Positions 12,360-25,486 of a stretch of 64,000 nt of DNA are shown here, in pieces (within the stretch, counting starts at the first letter, position 1; each line of letters opens with the position of its first letter). Below the pieces are notes generated by a model. That model was given only the letters and a program-made list of their open reading frames with translations, made no database searches and was not told where the DNA came from. The translations under genes were made by a program, and so were the position numbers. The stretch comes from Octopus vulgaris (Eukaryota). The stretch covers positions 23,002,001-23,066,000 of the forward strand of contig OX597837.1 in the NCBI GenBank assembly GCA_951406725.2. Direction: 5' to 3'.

Positions 12360-12965
12360 TGGTTGAATTAGTGGCATTTTGTCCAGTCTGCCAAGATTGA
12401 CTTTGCCTTTCATCCTTTTGGGGGTCTATAAAATAAGTACCAGTTGAATATCGGGGTTGATGTAATCAACTTACTCTCTCCCCTGCAAATCTGCTGGCCT
12501 TGTGCCCAAAATCTGAAACCGTTATCATTATTATTATGAAGGTGGTGAGCTGGCAGAATCATTGGTACACTGGACGAAATGCTTAGTGGTATTTCACCTG
12601 TCGCGACGTTCTGAGTTCAAATTCTGCCAGGGTCAACTTTGCCTTTTATCCTTTCGGGGTCGATAAATTAACTACCAGTTATGCACTGAGGTCGATGTAA
12701 TCGATTTGCCCCCTCCCCGCAATTTCAGGCCTTGTGTCTATAGTAGAAAGGGTTATTATTATTTTTGAAGAACTGAACTACTACTACTACTACTACTGAG
12801 GCGGTGAGCAGGCAGAATTGTTAGTACACCAGCTTAGTGGTATTTTGTCTATCTTTATGTTCTGAGTTCAAATTCTGCTAAGGTTGTCTTTGCCTTTCAT
12901 CTTTTCAGGGTTGATGAAATAAGTACTAGTTGATCATTGGGGTCAATGTAGTCAACTTAGCCCCT
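12360..12965 (+). mobile_element. Array of 3 family B SINEs
   Basis: Repeated family B bodies separated by (ATT)n/(CTA)n. Confidence 0.8.
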
Positions 12966-13210
12966 GACCAGATCTCACCTTTCACCTCAGCCCTACCATG
13001 TCATTCTAAAGCTAAAAAAATCACATCACTGCAATCTCTAAACTACATGATTAATTCAAAACAATATAAATAAACAAACATCACATTTGGCAGAATAATC
13101 TGAACACTAAAGGATTAAATAATGATGATCATCATCATTTCATCGATCTTATCCATGTTTAAGATTGTCTAAATCATTTGCTATACACAAATTGTTTAAA
13201 TCATTTGCTA

Positions 13211-13617
13211 GGCACAGGAGTGGATGTGTGGTAAGTAGCTTGCTAACCAACCACATGGTTCCGGGTTCAGTCCCACTGCGTGGCATCTTGGGCAAGTGTC
13301 TTCTGCTATAGCCCTGGGCCGACCAATGCCTTGTGAGTGAATTTGGCAGATAGAAACTGAAAGAAGCCTGTTGTATATATGTATATGTATGTGTGTGTAT
13401 ATGTTTGAGTGTCTGTGTTTGTCCCCACTAGCATTGCTTGACAACTGATGCTGGTGTGTTTACGTCCCCGTCACTTAGCGGTTCGGCAAAAGACACCGAT
13501 AGAATAAGTACTGGGCTTACAAAGAATAAGTCCCGGGGTCGATTTGCTCGACTAAAGGTGGTGCTCCAGCATGGCCGCAGTCAAATGACTGAAACAAGTA
13601 AAAGAGTAAAAGAGTAA
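13211..13617 (+). mobile_element. SINE family A
   Basis: Full-length, young copy. Confidence 0.9.
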
Positions 13618-14262
13618 CTCTTTTTCCTGGACAACTGCAAGTACCTCTTTCTTGATTACATTCACTACTTGGTGTAATAATCCTTTCTACCATAGACACA
13701 AGGCCTGAAATTTTGAGGAGGGGTTAAATTGATTACATGAACTCCAGTACTCCACTAGTACTTAATTTATCAATCCCAAAAGGATGAAAGCAAAGTCAAC
13801 CTCAGTAGGATTTGAACTCAGAATGTAAGCATTTTGCCCAGCACACTAACAATTCTGTCAACTTGCTGCCTTACTTCTTGGTGTAATAATAAAAATTCTC
13901 TCAACACAGAAGAAGATGACAAGTGTATAACAAAAGATACAATTTCCAAAGATATTTTCTTCTAAGACTATATTTTGAGTTTTTCTCCTTCTCATACGGA
14001 GTTGGTCTCAATTGGCATTTGGTAATTATGATACACCCTCAAGAAGCAAACATGATTTTGATAAATCAAAAATTCATGTTGAATGTTATATGACATACCA
14101 GTATTTGTCTATTATTCAAATACATGCTGCTGGCCACTTTGAATTATTTCTCTTAGGTAATTTTTGTCTAAACTATGCCAATTACCTTAGCCATAACTGT
14201 TATCTACTCTGTTTTGTATAAGTCTATGTCTTTTGCCTACTGAAGATAAGGTTGGACTATCG

Positions 14263-14305
14263 CTGAACTGATGAAGTCTATTAAGCCAGAAACACACGTC
14301 CACAG
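14263..14305 (+). ncRNA. Degenerate type I hammerhead ribozyme-like motif
   Basis: CTGATGA (14268-14274), GAAAC-ACAC-GTC (14289-14300), partial helix I ctg../cacag. Helix II is decayed. Confidence 0.5.
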
Positions 14306-14954
14306 CTCTCCTCTTAACTCCAGACAATAAACTTATCCCTGTCCTTAATAGCATGTCAGTTTTAGAGAATTATTGACTCTTGAGGATATCTCCCCTTCTA
14401 AAGTGGAACTGGCCTTAACTGTTATTCAGTAATTATATGCCCTCTTGAGTTGGAGATAGTGTTGATAAATTAAGAATTGTCATTGTGAGGTATTTAACAT
14501 ACTGGTATTTGTCTATGTTATTCAAATACATTGTCATGGGCATGATTTTAAACTGCATCTGGTAGTGAGACCTCTAGAGTTTTAAGGAGTGTGGAACCAC
14601 CTCTTAGCTACTACATTTCCCAGGTCATCTCTGAGCTGGAGTGGTAGCATCTGTCAGGATCCTCGCTATGGGTTAAATAGAATGTATACTATATGCTCTA
14701 AACCCAGGATATATCTGCTCCGATAATTGCTGGCAACTTGGTCAGCGAATCCTCTGTAATGGTCAACAATTGATAGCAAGATGAGCTGCCATGGATCCAA
14801 TCATCCACAATTATGTGTGCATGTGACAGGGGACCACATGTGAATTTGTGTATTCTTACTGAAACTCCAAATGATGACTACAGCTATGGTGTCTGTACTA
14901 TGTGACGCACTTGCTCTCCTAGTGAAGCATTACTTTGCTAACTGAAACATTAGG

Positions 14955-15270
14955 ATTTATGGAGATGTACTTGCATAGCGAGTGACTTGATCTGAGATTG
15001 TGTGCTGGAACGAAAACAATTGCAGCGTGGAAGGTGTTTATAAGCCATTTAAGAAACACACAAAACCGTTAGATTCAGTTCAACATATAAATTTAATTTG
15101 TCAAAATATTTTCTTCGCTTTGAGACCGCAGCACAAAGCTTTGTCAGTGAACAGGTTGCGGTCTCAAACTGACGAAAATATTTTGACAAATTAAATTTAT
15201 ATGTTGAAGTGAATCTAACGGTTTTGTGTGTTTCTTAAATGGCTTATAAACACCATCCACGCTGCAATTG
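14955..15270. mobile_element. Penelope pLTR-like element with 114-bp inverted arms and a hammerhead fold
   Basis: Arms 15017-15130 / 15157-15270. Flanking direct repeat TGAAACATTAGG (14943-14954, 15269-15280). Same family as 49125-49364. Confidence 0.75.
15140..15190 (+). ncRNA. Minimal hammerhead-like motif, G3-C8 core variant
   Basis: TTTGTCA-GTGAACA-g-[helix II]-GAAA-ATATT-T-TGACAAA: 7-bp helix I and palindromic helix III AATATT. Confidence 0.6.
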
Positions 15271-17361
15271 AAACATTAGGGCTGGCTGTCAAACATGATT
15301 AGGATTCATGATGGATGTGGTGAACCCTATCTCAACCCATCCTATCTGAATGCTGCTGTAAGTACAAGTAAGTAAGTACATACCACTTTTAGTTATTTTT
15401 CTTAGCTCATTTTTGCTTAAATTATAGAATTATTGGTTTGCTCAGAGAAAGAGACAAAATTCATACTTGCTACACATAATTCACTGTTTGACAGTTCAAT
15501 ATTATGTCTATTTAAATAATTTCACCTCTGCAATATTTAAAAAGACACCAATAAAAGTTGAATAGTTTTCTTTCAGTCAATTAAAATTTTGATTACATTT
15601 TATGAATGAGTTTTTTTTTATGAAGTTTATTGAAAAGGAAACAAAAGATCAATAATTTTTCCCCCTTCCAATCATCTTCTGGAAATATCTCAATATAATT
15701 ATGTCTATAAGTAATAAAGTTGAAAAATTTTCATCTTTTAATATCAGCTTCCTGTTCAATATTGCTGGTGATAATTAAACATTGAAACCCTATAATGTGT
15801 GTGCATGTGTATGTTTTAACTAAAGTACTGAGGCCGTGTGTATGTATGTATGCCATAGATAGGTTTATAAATAGCTGAACGATGGGAATAGCTGAACATA
15901 GATGAACAATGGGAACACAGAACAAAGTTAAGAATAACTTGAATAGTTTCACCAGTCATTACCAGCTTATCATGAATGTATATTTCATCCTATCTACGAA
16001 GGGAGAAAGAGAGAAAAGAAAAGGAGAGGAGAGAACGGAAAGGAGAGGGAGAGAAAAGGAGAGAGTACAGAATACAGCTTCTTACATAAAAATGCAAGGA
16101 AGAGAGAACATTGCTTTTGCTTATTTGTATATCAATGCATTTGTTTGTATTGCAAATAGAAAACTAGATGATGTAAGCAGTCCTGATGAGCTGCTGCTCA
16201 TGACAAGTGAAACTAATAGAATTGGACTCTGTTCTGCAGAAAGAACCCTGTGGCTTTGCAGGGAGCTTTATTTGTATGAAATACGTACACAAATTTATTG
16301 CCATGTTAACTCTATATAGCGTGCACTCTATATAGTGGTTAGCAGACAAAGGGCAACAATATAGGATAGAGAAAGCCTTTTGGTCTTGGTGCATATCATC
16401 GTGGCACCTCTCTAGAGCTGGTGCCACAATAATATGCATCCTGTACACTTTGTAATGTGGTCAGCATTAGGAAGGGCATCCAGCCATAGAAATCATGTTA
16501 AAAACGAAGCATAGTGAAATGTGAAGCAAAAAATGAGACCGGATGCCTGGTACCCAGAAAGTCATTAGGCCCTCTACTAGTTGGAGAACAGAAGTGGTGG
16601 GTGTTCTGAGCCAGCAATCAATAGAGGATTAGTGGCAGGGAAGAGTGACATTCTAGTAGGGACTAGGCATCCACAAAAACAAATTGGTTAATCAGCTCTG
16701 GAGAACTTTCAGACTAGGGACTACCATAGATAATTTCCAGAAATCCTTGGCCTGGGAGTGCTACCAAGGGGCATCACCACTCTGAAATAAACTCTGCAGC
16801 CATGGAAGTGCTGTTGAATGGACTTGTCTGAGATGTGAACAGAAAGATAAAACCATTCTGCATACACTCATTCAGTAACTAGGCATTGCCTACTTGTGGA
16901 GTCATGTTATTGTATATGAAATGACTCCAGTTATCAGCTGAGTCCAAAGTGATAATTACCCAACAGCCCTCCTTTAACTGAGCAGAGAAAGTAGCTGTCC
17001 TTTGTCTGGTGGCTACAGTGAAAGAGATTGTGTGGTGGATGAGGCTAAAAAGTATGAGGACAGAGTCATTTCTCTTTGGTAGAGCCCTCATCAACTTTTC
17101 CATATTTCACTTGAAAACATGGGAGAGAGTGGTGAAAATGTCAAGAGCAGATGGTACCACTTTAAGTATAAGCTTGTGAGTTGAAGAACAAAAATTCGAG
17201 AGGGCACTTGCTCTTGGTGTTCAGAGAGATCTAGGATGGTAGGGTTCCTCAACTGACCCCAGAAGTCCTGCATCAGGAGAATTACATCATTATCATCCTT
17301 TTTCTTCTTTTCTTTTAATGATGCATACCATATAAATATATATTCTCTTTTTCTTTTTCTT

Positions 17362-17748
17362 TCTCTTTTTACTAGTTTCAGTCATTTTGACTGCAGCCAT
17401 GCTGGAGCACCGCCTTTAATTGAGCAACTCGACCCTGGGACTTATTCTTTGTAAGCCCAGTAATTATTCCATCGGTCTCTTTTGCTGAACCGCTAAGTGA
17501 CGGGGACATAAACACACCAGCATCAGTTGTCAAGCAATGCTAGGGGGATAAACACAGACACACAAACATACACGCACATACATATACATAACGGGCTTCT
17601 TTCAGTTTCCTTCTACCAAATCCACTCACAAGGCTTTAGTCGGCCTGAGGCTATAGAAGACATTTGCCTAAGGTGCCACGCAGTGGGACTGAACCTGGAA
17701 CCATGTGGTTGGTAAACAAGCTACTTATCACACAGCCACTCCTGCGCC
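17362..17748 (-). mobile_element. SINE family A
   Basis: Full-length reverse-complement copy. Confidence 0.9.
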
Positions 17749-18617
17749 TACAAAGTAAAGTCGACCTCGGCGGAATTTGAACTCAGAACGTAGTGACAGT
17801 CGAAATACGGCTAAGCATTTCGCCCGGCGTTTTAACGATTCTGCCAGCTGCTCGCCTTATATATCTATTCAGTTTTTCTATCATTAGATTCTTCATAATC
17901 CTCATACTATGCCTATCCTTGTATTCTACTCCCTCATCCATCACCCTAGCGGAAAATACAAGAAATCAATATTATAACTGCTACTAAGGCAGTGAGCTGG
18001 CAGAATCGTTAGCACACTGGGCAAAACACTTAGCAGCATTTCATTCATCTTTAGATTCCAAGTTCAAATACTGCTGAGGTTGACTTTGCCTTTCATTCTT
18101 TCAGAATAAGTATCAGTTGAGCACTAGGGTTGATGTAATCGACTTACCCCTTCCCCTGAAATTGCTGGCCTTGTGTTAATATTTGAAATCAATATTATAA
18201 CTACTACTATTGCTGTAAGATGTAAGAAGTGAGAGGCAGTCACTTCCCTTCGAGGATTGGCCCAGGAACATATCTGGCTCCCATTCCTGCATTTAGATTA
18301 TTTATAGCTCCATGAAGGCTGCAGTATACCGCAGCGGCCACAACCTGGTTTGCAAATGTAACTAATCAGCTAAACTATATGAGTGAACCAAAGAGCTACG
18401 CCTGAAGGTGGGAATGGTTATCCCTTAGTAAACCTGGCAAAGAGGAAAGTGTAGAAGAACCAACACTGGTAAATGGACTTGAAGGTGTAACAGAGGGGTA
18501 ACATGACATGACATAAGACAGGGCAAATCAACACCAGCCATTCATCATGAAAGGGACTGGGGTCCTATGACATATTATCCTCACAAAAATGCCAATGATG
18601 ATCTTAATAGAAGCAAC

Positions 18618-19023
18618 AGGTGCAGGAGTGGTTGTGTGGTAAGTAGCTTGTTTACCAACCACATGGTTCCGGGTTCAGTCCCACTGCGTGGCACCTTGGG
18701 CAAGTGTCTTCTACTATAGCCTCGAGTCGACCAAAGCCTTGTGAGTGGATTTGGTAGACGGAAACTGAAAGAAGCCCGTCGTATATATGTATATATATGT
18801 ATGTGCGTGTATATTTGTGTGTCTGTGTTTGTCCCCCTAGTATTGCTTGACAACCGATGCTGGTGTGTTTATGTCCCCGTCACTTAGTGGTTCGGCAAAA
18901 GAGACCGATAGAATAAGTACTGGGCTTACAAAAGAATAAGTCCCGGGGTCGAGTTGCTCGATTAAAGGCGGTGCTCCAGCATGGCCGCAGTCAAATGACT
19001 GAAACAAGTAAATGAGTAAAGAA
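18618..19023 (+). mobile_element. SINE family A
   Basis: Full-length, young copy. Confidence 0.9.
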
Positions 19024-19301
19024 TAACAAGTAATGAAACTTGGGGACCTTGGCAAGCTGACTCTTGGATATGGAAGGTGCCAGGCTGTTGAAAATATCAT
19101 CATCACTACTATCTTAATTGTGTAAAATGGAAACGTGTGGATATAGATACATACACATCATCTCTAAGAAACAAGCTTCTGTACAGCTTCCAACTACCAA
19201 ATTTCACTCATGAGGCATAAGTAAAGATGAGGCTATGGTAGAAGATGCTGAAGTCTAAGATACCATGTAGTTGTGGTTGAATGTAACATCTACAGCCATC
19301 T

Positions 19302-19532
19302 TATATTTCTTTATTGCCCACAAGGGGCTAAAAACAGAGAGGACAAACAAGGACAGACAAATGGATTAAGTCGATTACATCGACCCAGTGCGTAACTGGT
19401 ACTTAATTTATCGACCCAGAAAGGATGAAAGGCAAAGTCAACTTTGGCGGAATTTGAACTCAGAACGTAACGGCAGACGAAATACGGCTACGCATTTTGC
19501 CCGGTGTGCTAACGTTTCTGCCAGCTCGCCGT
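19302..19532 (-). mobile_element. SINE family B
   Basis: Reverse complement of 28835-29065. Confidence 0.88.
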
Positions 19533-20439
19533 CTTAAACAGCTATTTTAGTCCTCTGAGCCACTGAGGTCAGACCTCCACGTCTTAAAGGTGGGATTGGG
19601 TTTTGTGAATTGATTCTGACTTTAAAACTACTGGGCACAGGAAGGAAGAAAAACCCTGCAGCATCAAGGACAAGCTGCTCTTCCTTATGATCTTCAGACA
19701 AAGAAACTGCCATCAATTATACTATCTATCAATGATAAATTAAAGCTGCAGAGTTCAGAAGAATAATCAGTAAAAGTAACAATGTTTATAGATTCCGCGA
19801 ACAGTACAAGTGAAGTGTTTGCAACCAGGAATGAAAGAATGAGAAATCATATTAACTGACATTTGCTACAATTTGTCTTACTTATTTACTTATTGCATTT
19901 TTATATACAGAAAATGTTTCAAATAATTTAAATGTGATTTTAGCAGCACAAACTTTTATTATATTCCTGACAGATATTCAAAGACAAAATGTATTGCAAA
20001 AATATAGAACTATCAAACTGATAATGTAGAACAAATGTAAAACAAAAATCTTCAAATCAAACAAACAACAAACAGCACCTATGAATTGTATCAGAAAATT
20101 CAAATATAACAAAATGAATTTCAATAAAAGAACGTAGCAATTATTGATTCTTTTTTCCATTCCATAGAGAAACTTAGTAATAGTAGCTCTGGGAGAGTTT
20201 TGAAGAAGAGTGGGGAGACAGGAAAAATTATATACGGAACTAAGTTTAATATTTCAATCGAGTTAGGCTTTTTCAAATTTTGTTTTTCAAATAAAACATG
20301 TTTTAATGATTTTCTTTGACAGATGTGTAAAGAACAGAAGGAAAGTGTCATATCTATTTAATGTTATTGTATTTTAGAACACTGCTTGGATGTGCGTATG
20401 TGTGTGTGTGTGTGTGTGTGACTTGGGAACATCTCATGA

Positions 20440-21322
20440 GAGTGTTAGATAGAATGCTTGGTAGTACTCATTCCAACTTTGTGTCTCTGAGTTCAAATTC
20501 TGCTGAGGTCAACTTTGCCTTACATCCTTACAAGGTTAACAAAATAAAGTACCAGTCAAGTGCTGGGGGTTGATATAACTGATGAACTCTCACTGAATCT
20601 GAGACCTTCTACCTGTTGTAACAAATATGTTGAGCAACAGGTTGGCAGAATTATTACAGCATTGGGTAAGGATGCCTTACAATATTCATTGCAGCTCGTT
20701 ACATTCTGAGTTCAAATCTTACTGAAGTCAATTTTGCTTATTCTTCCTCCTTTCAGTGGCAATAAAATAAAGAACCAATCAAGCACTGAGATCAAAAGCA
20801 TCAACTAAATTAATTTCCTGAAAGCTATTGACCTTGCACTTATACTAGAAACAATCACTAAGGGTAGAGCATTGGCAGAATTAGCACATGGGCAAAATGC
20901 TTAGTGGTATTTCACCTATCTTTATGTTCAAATTTTACTGAGGTTAACTTTGCACTTCATCCTTTCAGGGTCGATAAATTAAGTACCAGTCAAGTACTGA
21001 GGGGTCAAATGTGATCGACTTACCCCCATGCCACAAATTTCAGGCCTTGCGCCTATAGTAGAAAGGATTATTATTATTATGATGATGATGAAGGTGGCAA
21101 GCTGGTAGAATTGTTTGCATGCTGGGCATGATGGGCAAAATGCTTCACGGCATTTCACCCGTCTTTATGTTCTGAGTTCAAATACTGCTGAGGTTGACTT
21201 TGCCTTTCATCCTTTAGGGATTGATAATGTACAGCACTTGTACCCAGCTGAGTACTGGGGTTGATGTAATCAACTTACCCCTTCCCTGAAACTTGCTGGC
21301 CTTGTGCCAACATTCGAAACCG
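20440..21322 (+). mobile_element. Cluster of ~4 diverged family B SINEs
   Basis: Repeated gagttcaaat...actttgcctttcatcc bodies. Confidence 0.75.
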
Positions 21323-21432
21323 TTGTTGTTGTTGTTATCATTGTTATTAGTTCTACTATAGCTATTGTAATGTCTCAACTAAAGATAGAAACAGATATTT
21401 ATCTTTTGTGTTTAAAATGATAAAAGAAAATG

Positions 21433-21754
21433 AGAAGGAGGAGGGAATGATGGCAGCAGAGGAGGAGAGAATGATGGCAGCAGAGGAGGAGGGAATGATG
21501 GCAGCAGAGGAGGAGGGAATGATCGCAGCAGAGGAGGGAATGATCGCAGCAGAGGAGGAGAGAATGATCGCAGCAGAGGAGGAGGGAATGATCGCAGCAG
21601 AGGAGGAGGGAATGATTGCAGCAGAGGGGGAGGGAATGATGGCAGCAGAGGAGGAGGGAATGATTGCAGCAGAGGAGGAGGGAATGATGGCAGCAGAGGA
21701 GGAGGGAATGATGGCAGCAGAGGAGGAGGGAATGATCGCAGCAGAGGAGGAGGA
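21433..21754. repeat. 21-bp minisatellite, ~15 copies (GGAGGGAATGATSGCAGCAGA)
   Basis: Tandem array seen directly. It explains the four repetitive ORFs called here. Confidence 0.95.
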
Positions 21755-22261
21755 ACAGCACACAAAGGTGGGAAGTAACAGAATACTTGAAATAAAAACA
21801 AATTTTCTGTTTAAGTGTAGCAAAATGACGGTAGCCATTTAATGATGTAACAGTGTAGTGAGAAATAAACCAAATGAGATAAGCTTAATCAACATTTCAG
21901 CTTTAACGAAGACTAATGATGAGATGAAAAATTCAAAACGAAATATTAATGAGCAGCAAAATAATTAGGATTCCAACAGTAACAAGAGAAGCAGAGGATG
22001 CTGGGTAACAATAAAAGATCGGTAGTTTCTGCAGCATGCGTCATAACAATTTTGTTACTGCTGTTTAGTCCCATGGTGCAAATGAAGAGGGGAAAAAATA
22101 ATCCTTTCCCCTTCATAGTTGGGTCTTCTTCCTACCACTAACCCTTAACTAAGAAGCTGGAGCCCTACAAGCCAAGGTAAGCAGAGTTATTGCTAGTCAT
22201 GGAGGGGAAAATGTTAATTCTTTAACATCTTTAACAGGCACAGGTGGTGGTATAGGGGCTA

Positions 22262-22492
22262 GTGGCGAGCTGGCAGAAACGTTAGCACGTCGGGCGAAAT
22301 GCTTAGCGGTATTTCGTCTGCCGCTACATGCTGAGTTCAAATTCCGCCGCGGTCGACTTTGCCTTTCATCCTTTCGGGGTCAATTAAATAAGTACCGGTT
22401 ACGCAGTGGGGTCGATATAATTGACTTAATCCGTTTGTCTGTCCTTGTTTGTTCCCTCTGTGTGTAGCCCCTTGTGGGCAGTAAAGAAATAG
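22262..22492 (+). mobile_element. SINE family B
   Basis: Full-length copy. Confidence 0.88.
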
Positions 22493-22723
22493 GTATAAGG
22501 GCTAGTATGACTGTGTGGTACGATGTTTGCTTTCCAAAGTACATGGTTCTGGGTACAGTCGTCTTACTGCATGGGAAACTTGGGCAAATGTCTTCTACTA
22601 TAGCCCTAAGCTGACCAAAGCCTTGTGAGTGGATTTGGTAAACAGAAACTGAAAGAAATATATGTATGTGTGTTTGCATATAGATATATATGCATGTACA
22701 TATGTGTGTGTGTGTATATAAAT

Positions 22724-23030
22724 ATCACGTGATCACGTGACCGACCAGACCATTAGATGTTGCTACACATCACTGGTCACAATGCGTTCGCATTGTTTTA
22801 GCCTTCGAACGATGCCACCCTGCTGGCTAAGCAAGCAGGCCAACAGAAGAAAGAGTGAGAGAAAGAGTGGTGAAGGAGTACAGCAGGGATCGCCACCCCC
22901 TGCCAGAGCCTCGTGGAGCATTTTAGGTGTTTTCGCTCAATAAACACACACAACGCCCGGTCTGGGAATTGAAACCGCGATCCTACGACTGCGAGTCCGC
23001 TGCCCTAACCACTGGGCCATTGCGCCTCCA
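22724..23030 (-). mobile_element. tRNA-derived SINE, family C, nested in an old family A copy (22498-23290)
   Basis: Reverse complement of 34586-34901. tRNA-like head GGAGGCGCAATGGCCCAGTGGTTAGGGC. Confidence 0.88.
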
Positions 23031-23038
23031 TATATAAA

Positions 23039-23115
<77 letters not shown>

Positions 23116-23429
23116 TGTGTGTATCTTCATGTTTGTGTTTGTCTCCTACAACTACTTGACAAGCATTGTTGGTTTGTGTATGTCCTGCATAAAAGACTAA
23201 TACAAATAAATACCAGGCTTAAAAAAGTAAAGGAAGTGCACACAGATGTTGATTTGTTTGATTAAATCTCTCCATGATGGTGCCCCAGCATGCCTGCAGT
23301 CCAATGAATGAATCAAGTAAAAGATAAAAAACCTCAGAGGTTCACAGAAGTCATTCTTAACTAGTTTCTAATGTTGAGTCAACGAGTCTGGTAGTCATTT
23401 GATGAAAGTCTGTTGTAGAGTGAGTAAAA

Positions 23430-23765
23430 GGGTAAAGCCCCTTCGGTCATAAATGACCATGGAATTGCACCTAGACAGTTACCCGCTGAGGCACAAATCT
23501 GGAAAAGGTTGTTTATGAAAGACCAGCAGTTGCCCATGCATACCAGCCTCTCCTTTCCATGTCACCGATGTTATCCAAGGGAAATGCAAAGAGTCTATAC
23601 AGCTTGACACCAGTGACATAGCAACTCATTTCTACAGCTGAATGAGCTCAAGCAATGTGACATAAAGTGTCTTCCTCAAGATCACAACACACAGCCTGGT
23701 CCAGGAATCAAACTCACTACCTCGTTATAGTGAGCCTGATGTTCTAACCACTGAGCCATGCACCT
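23430..23765 (-). mobile_element. tRNA-derived SINE, family D
   Basis: Reverse-complement similarity to 30181-30520. Confidence 0.75.
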
Positions 23766-24022
23766 ATGAGATGAGAATCTAGTTTTTAAATGTTGGGTAA
23801 ACCAGAGTATTGTATTGTGTAGGTGAGTCTGCTGTTGACAAAGAGATTTTAGTTCCTAGTGCTGAAGGATGACATTTCATCACATAAATCTCCTCCAACA
23901 TCTAATACCTTTTCAACCAGTTATGTTGACTGAAACATTGAAAAACTGAGGCATTGTATGACGTGTTCAGTGGAGGAAGGGAATATTTAATACTTTACAA
24001 ATATGCCATGAAAGCTGTTTAA

Positions 24023-24242
24023 CCCTTTTGTTACTGTATTTATTTTGAGGTGCTCTGTGTTTCTTTCAATTACTTTCAATATAACAAAGAATTTAGTAAA
24101 ATAACTTTGTTATCATTAAGCTAGTGTTAGGAACATAAATTGTGACTAAGGTTTGGTGGAAGATTTTGATTAAAAACTTATGAAAATAAGACATTTATAC
24201 CCAGAGCCAGAGCCGGTTTCAGCCAGGTTGGTAACGAAAGGG
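24023..24242. mobile_element. TTAA-specific (piggyBac-like) MITE, family 1
   Basis: TTAA-CCCTTTTGTTAC ... GTAACGAAAGGG-TTAA. Copies at 43757-43977 and 54544-54647. Confidence 0.88.
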
Positions 24243-25486
24243 TTAAACTTTTCCAAAGAATACTGATGTTTTAACTTTGTAAGTAATTCACAAACTCACA
24301 AAAAATTCAATGGCGTAAACTGGTAACTTAATTTATTGACCCTGAACGGATGAAAAGCAAAGTTGACCATGGCGGAATTTGAACTCAGAATGTAAAGACA
24401 CGAAATGCCATGAAGTACCTTCCTGGCGCACTAATGATTCTGCCAGTTCAATGCCTTAGAAAGATGCTATAATGCCTGCAGTAGTTTCGAAGTCGTTACC
24501 AGAGAGTTGGTAGCACTATATGTAGTCTAATCAGCAATTTTACTACTAATCACCACAAAGAATTAATTTAAGTATTAATTACAGATACAGCAAAGCTATA
24601 TTGATTTTATTTTTATCTTCAACATGAAAATCTATTTGGTATTTTCTTATGCAATCAATTGTTAACTGATTGATATCATCATAAATGCATAATGAAGTCG
24701 ATAGTAGCATATACATTTTGTGGCAGTAATAAACTTGATGGAAGATTCCACCGCCAAACCAATTCTATTCATTTTGAGCAAACTAAATATAAGAATATTT
24801 TAAGAAGATACTAAGCTGTTGGATGAACTTAGCCTGTAGAAGGTGACACTGTGTGATGTCATTCAATGAAATATAAATTAATTAACATCTTATAACAGTG
24901 ATATTAGAGGTCATTAACCAGTGGAGTTAATTATAGTAGTAGCATTATTGTTGATAACACTGGGGCTAATGAAGCATATAAAATGAGATACAGAACTGAG
25001 ATAGTATTCAATATTTAAGAACTGCTAGTGAGCAAAGGTGGTGAGCTGGCAGAATTGTTACAACACCAGGCAAAATGCTTAGCAACATTTTGTCCATCTT
25101 TACATTCTGAGTTCAAATTCCACCAAAGTCGACTTTGCCTTTCATCCTTTTGGGATCAATAAAATAAGTACCAGCTGAGTACTGGGGTTGATCTAAGTGA
25201 CTTATTCTCTTCCTTGAAAATCTGGCCTTCTCCCAAAATGTGAAACCAATATTCAAGAACTGGTACTTTGAAATGTTACCATAGATTTAAAAAGGGGTCA
25301 CCTTCTTTAATGTTGCTATGGAGTGTAAGGGAAAAATATTAATGGTGATATGGTGCATGGGTGACTCATCAAATCCCCAACAGCACAGAGAATCATCCTC
25401 ATCATTGTTTTAACATCCACCTTTCCATGCTTGCATGGGCCAGATGAAGTTTACTGGAGAAGATTTTCTTTGGCTGGATACCCTTC

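Noticed and set aside
18230-18300. HDV-like ribozyme in a possible LINE 5' region
   Set aside because: Could not build the nested double pseudoknot by eye.
21362-21842. Four overlapping repetitive ORFs
   Set aside because: Produced by the 21-bp minisatellite, with no splice or homology support.
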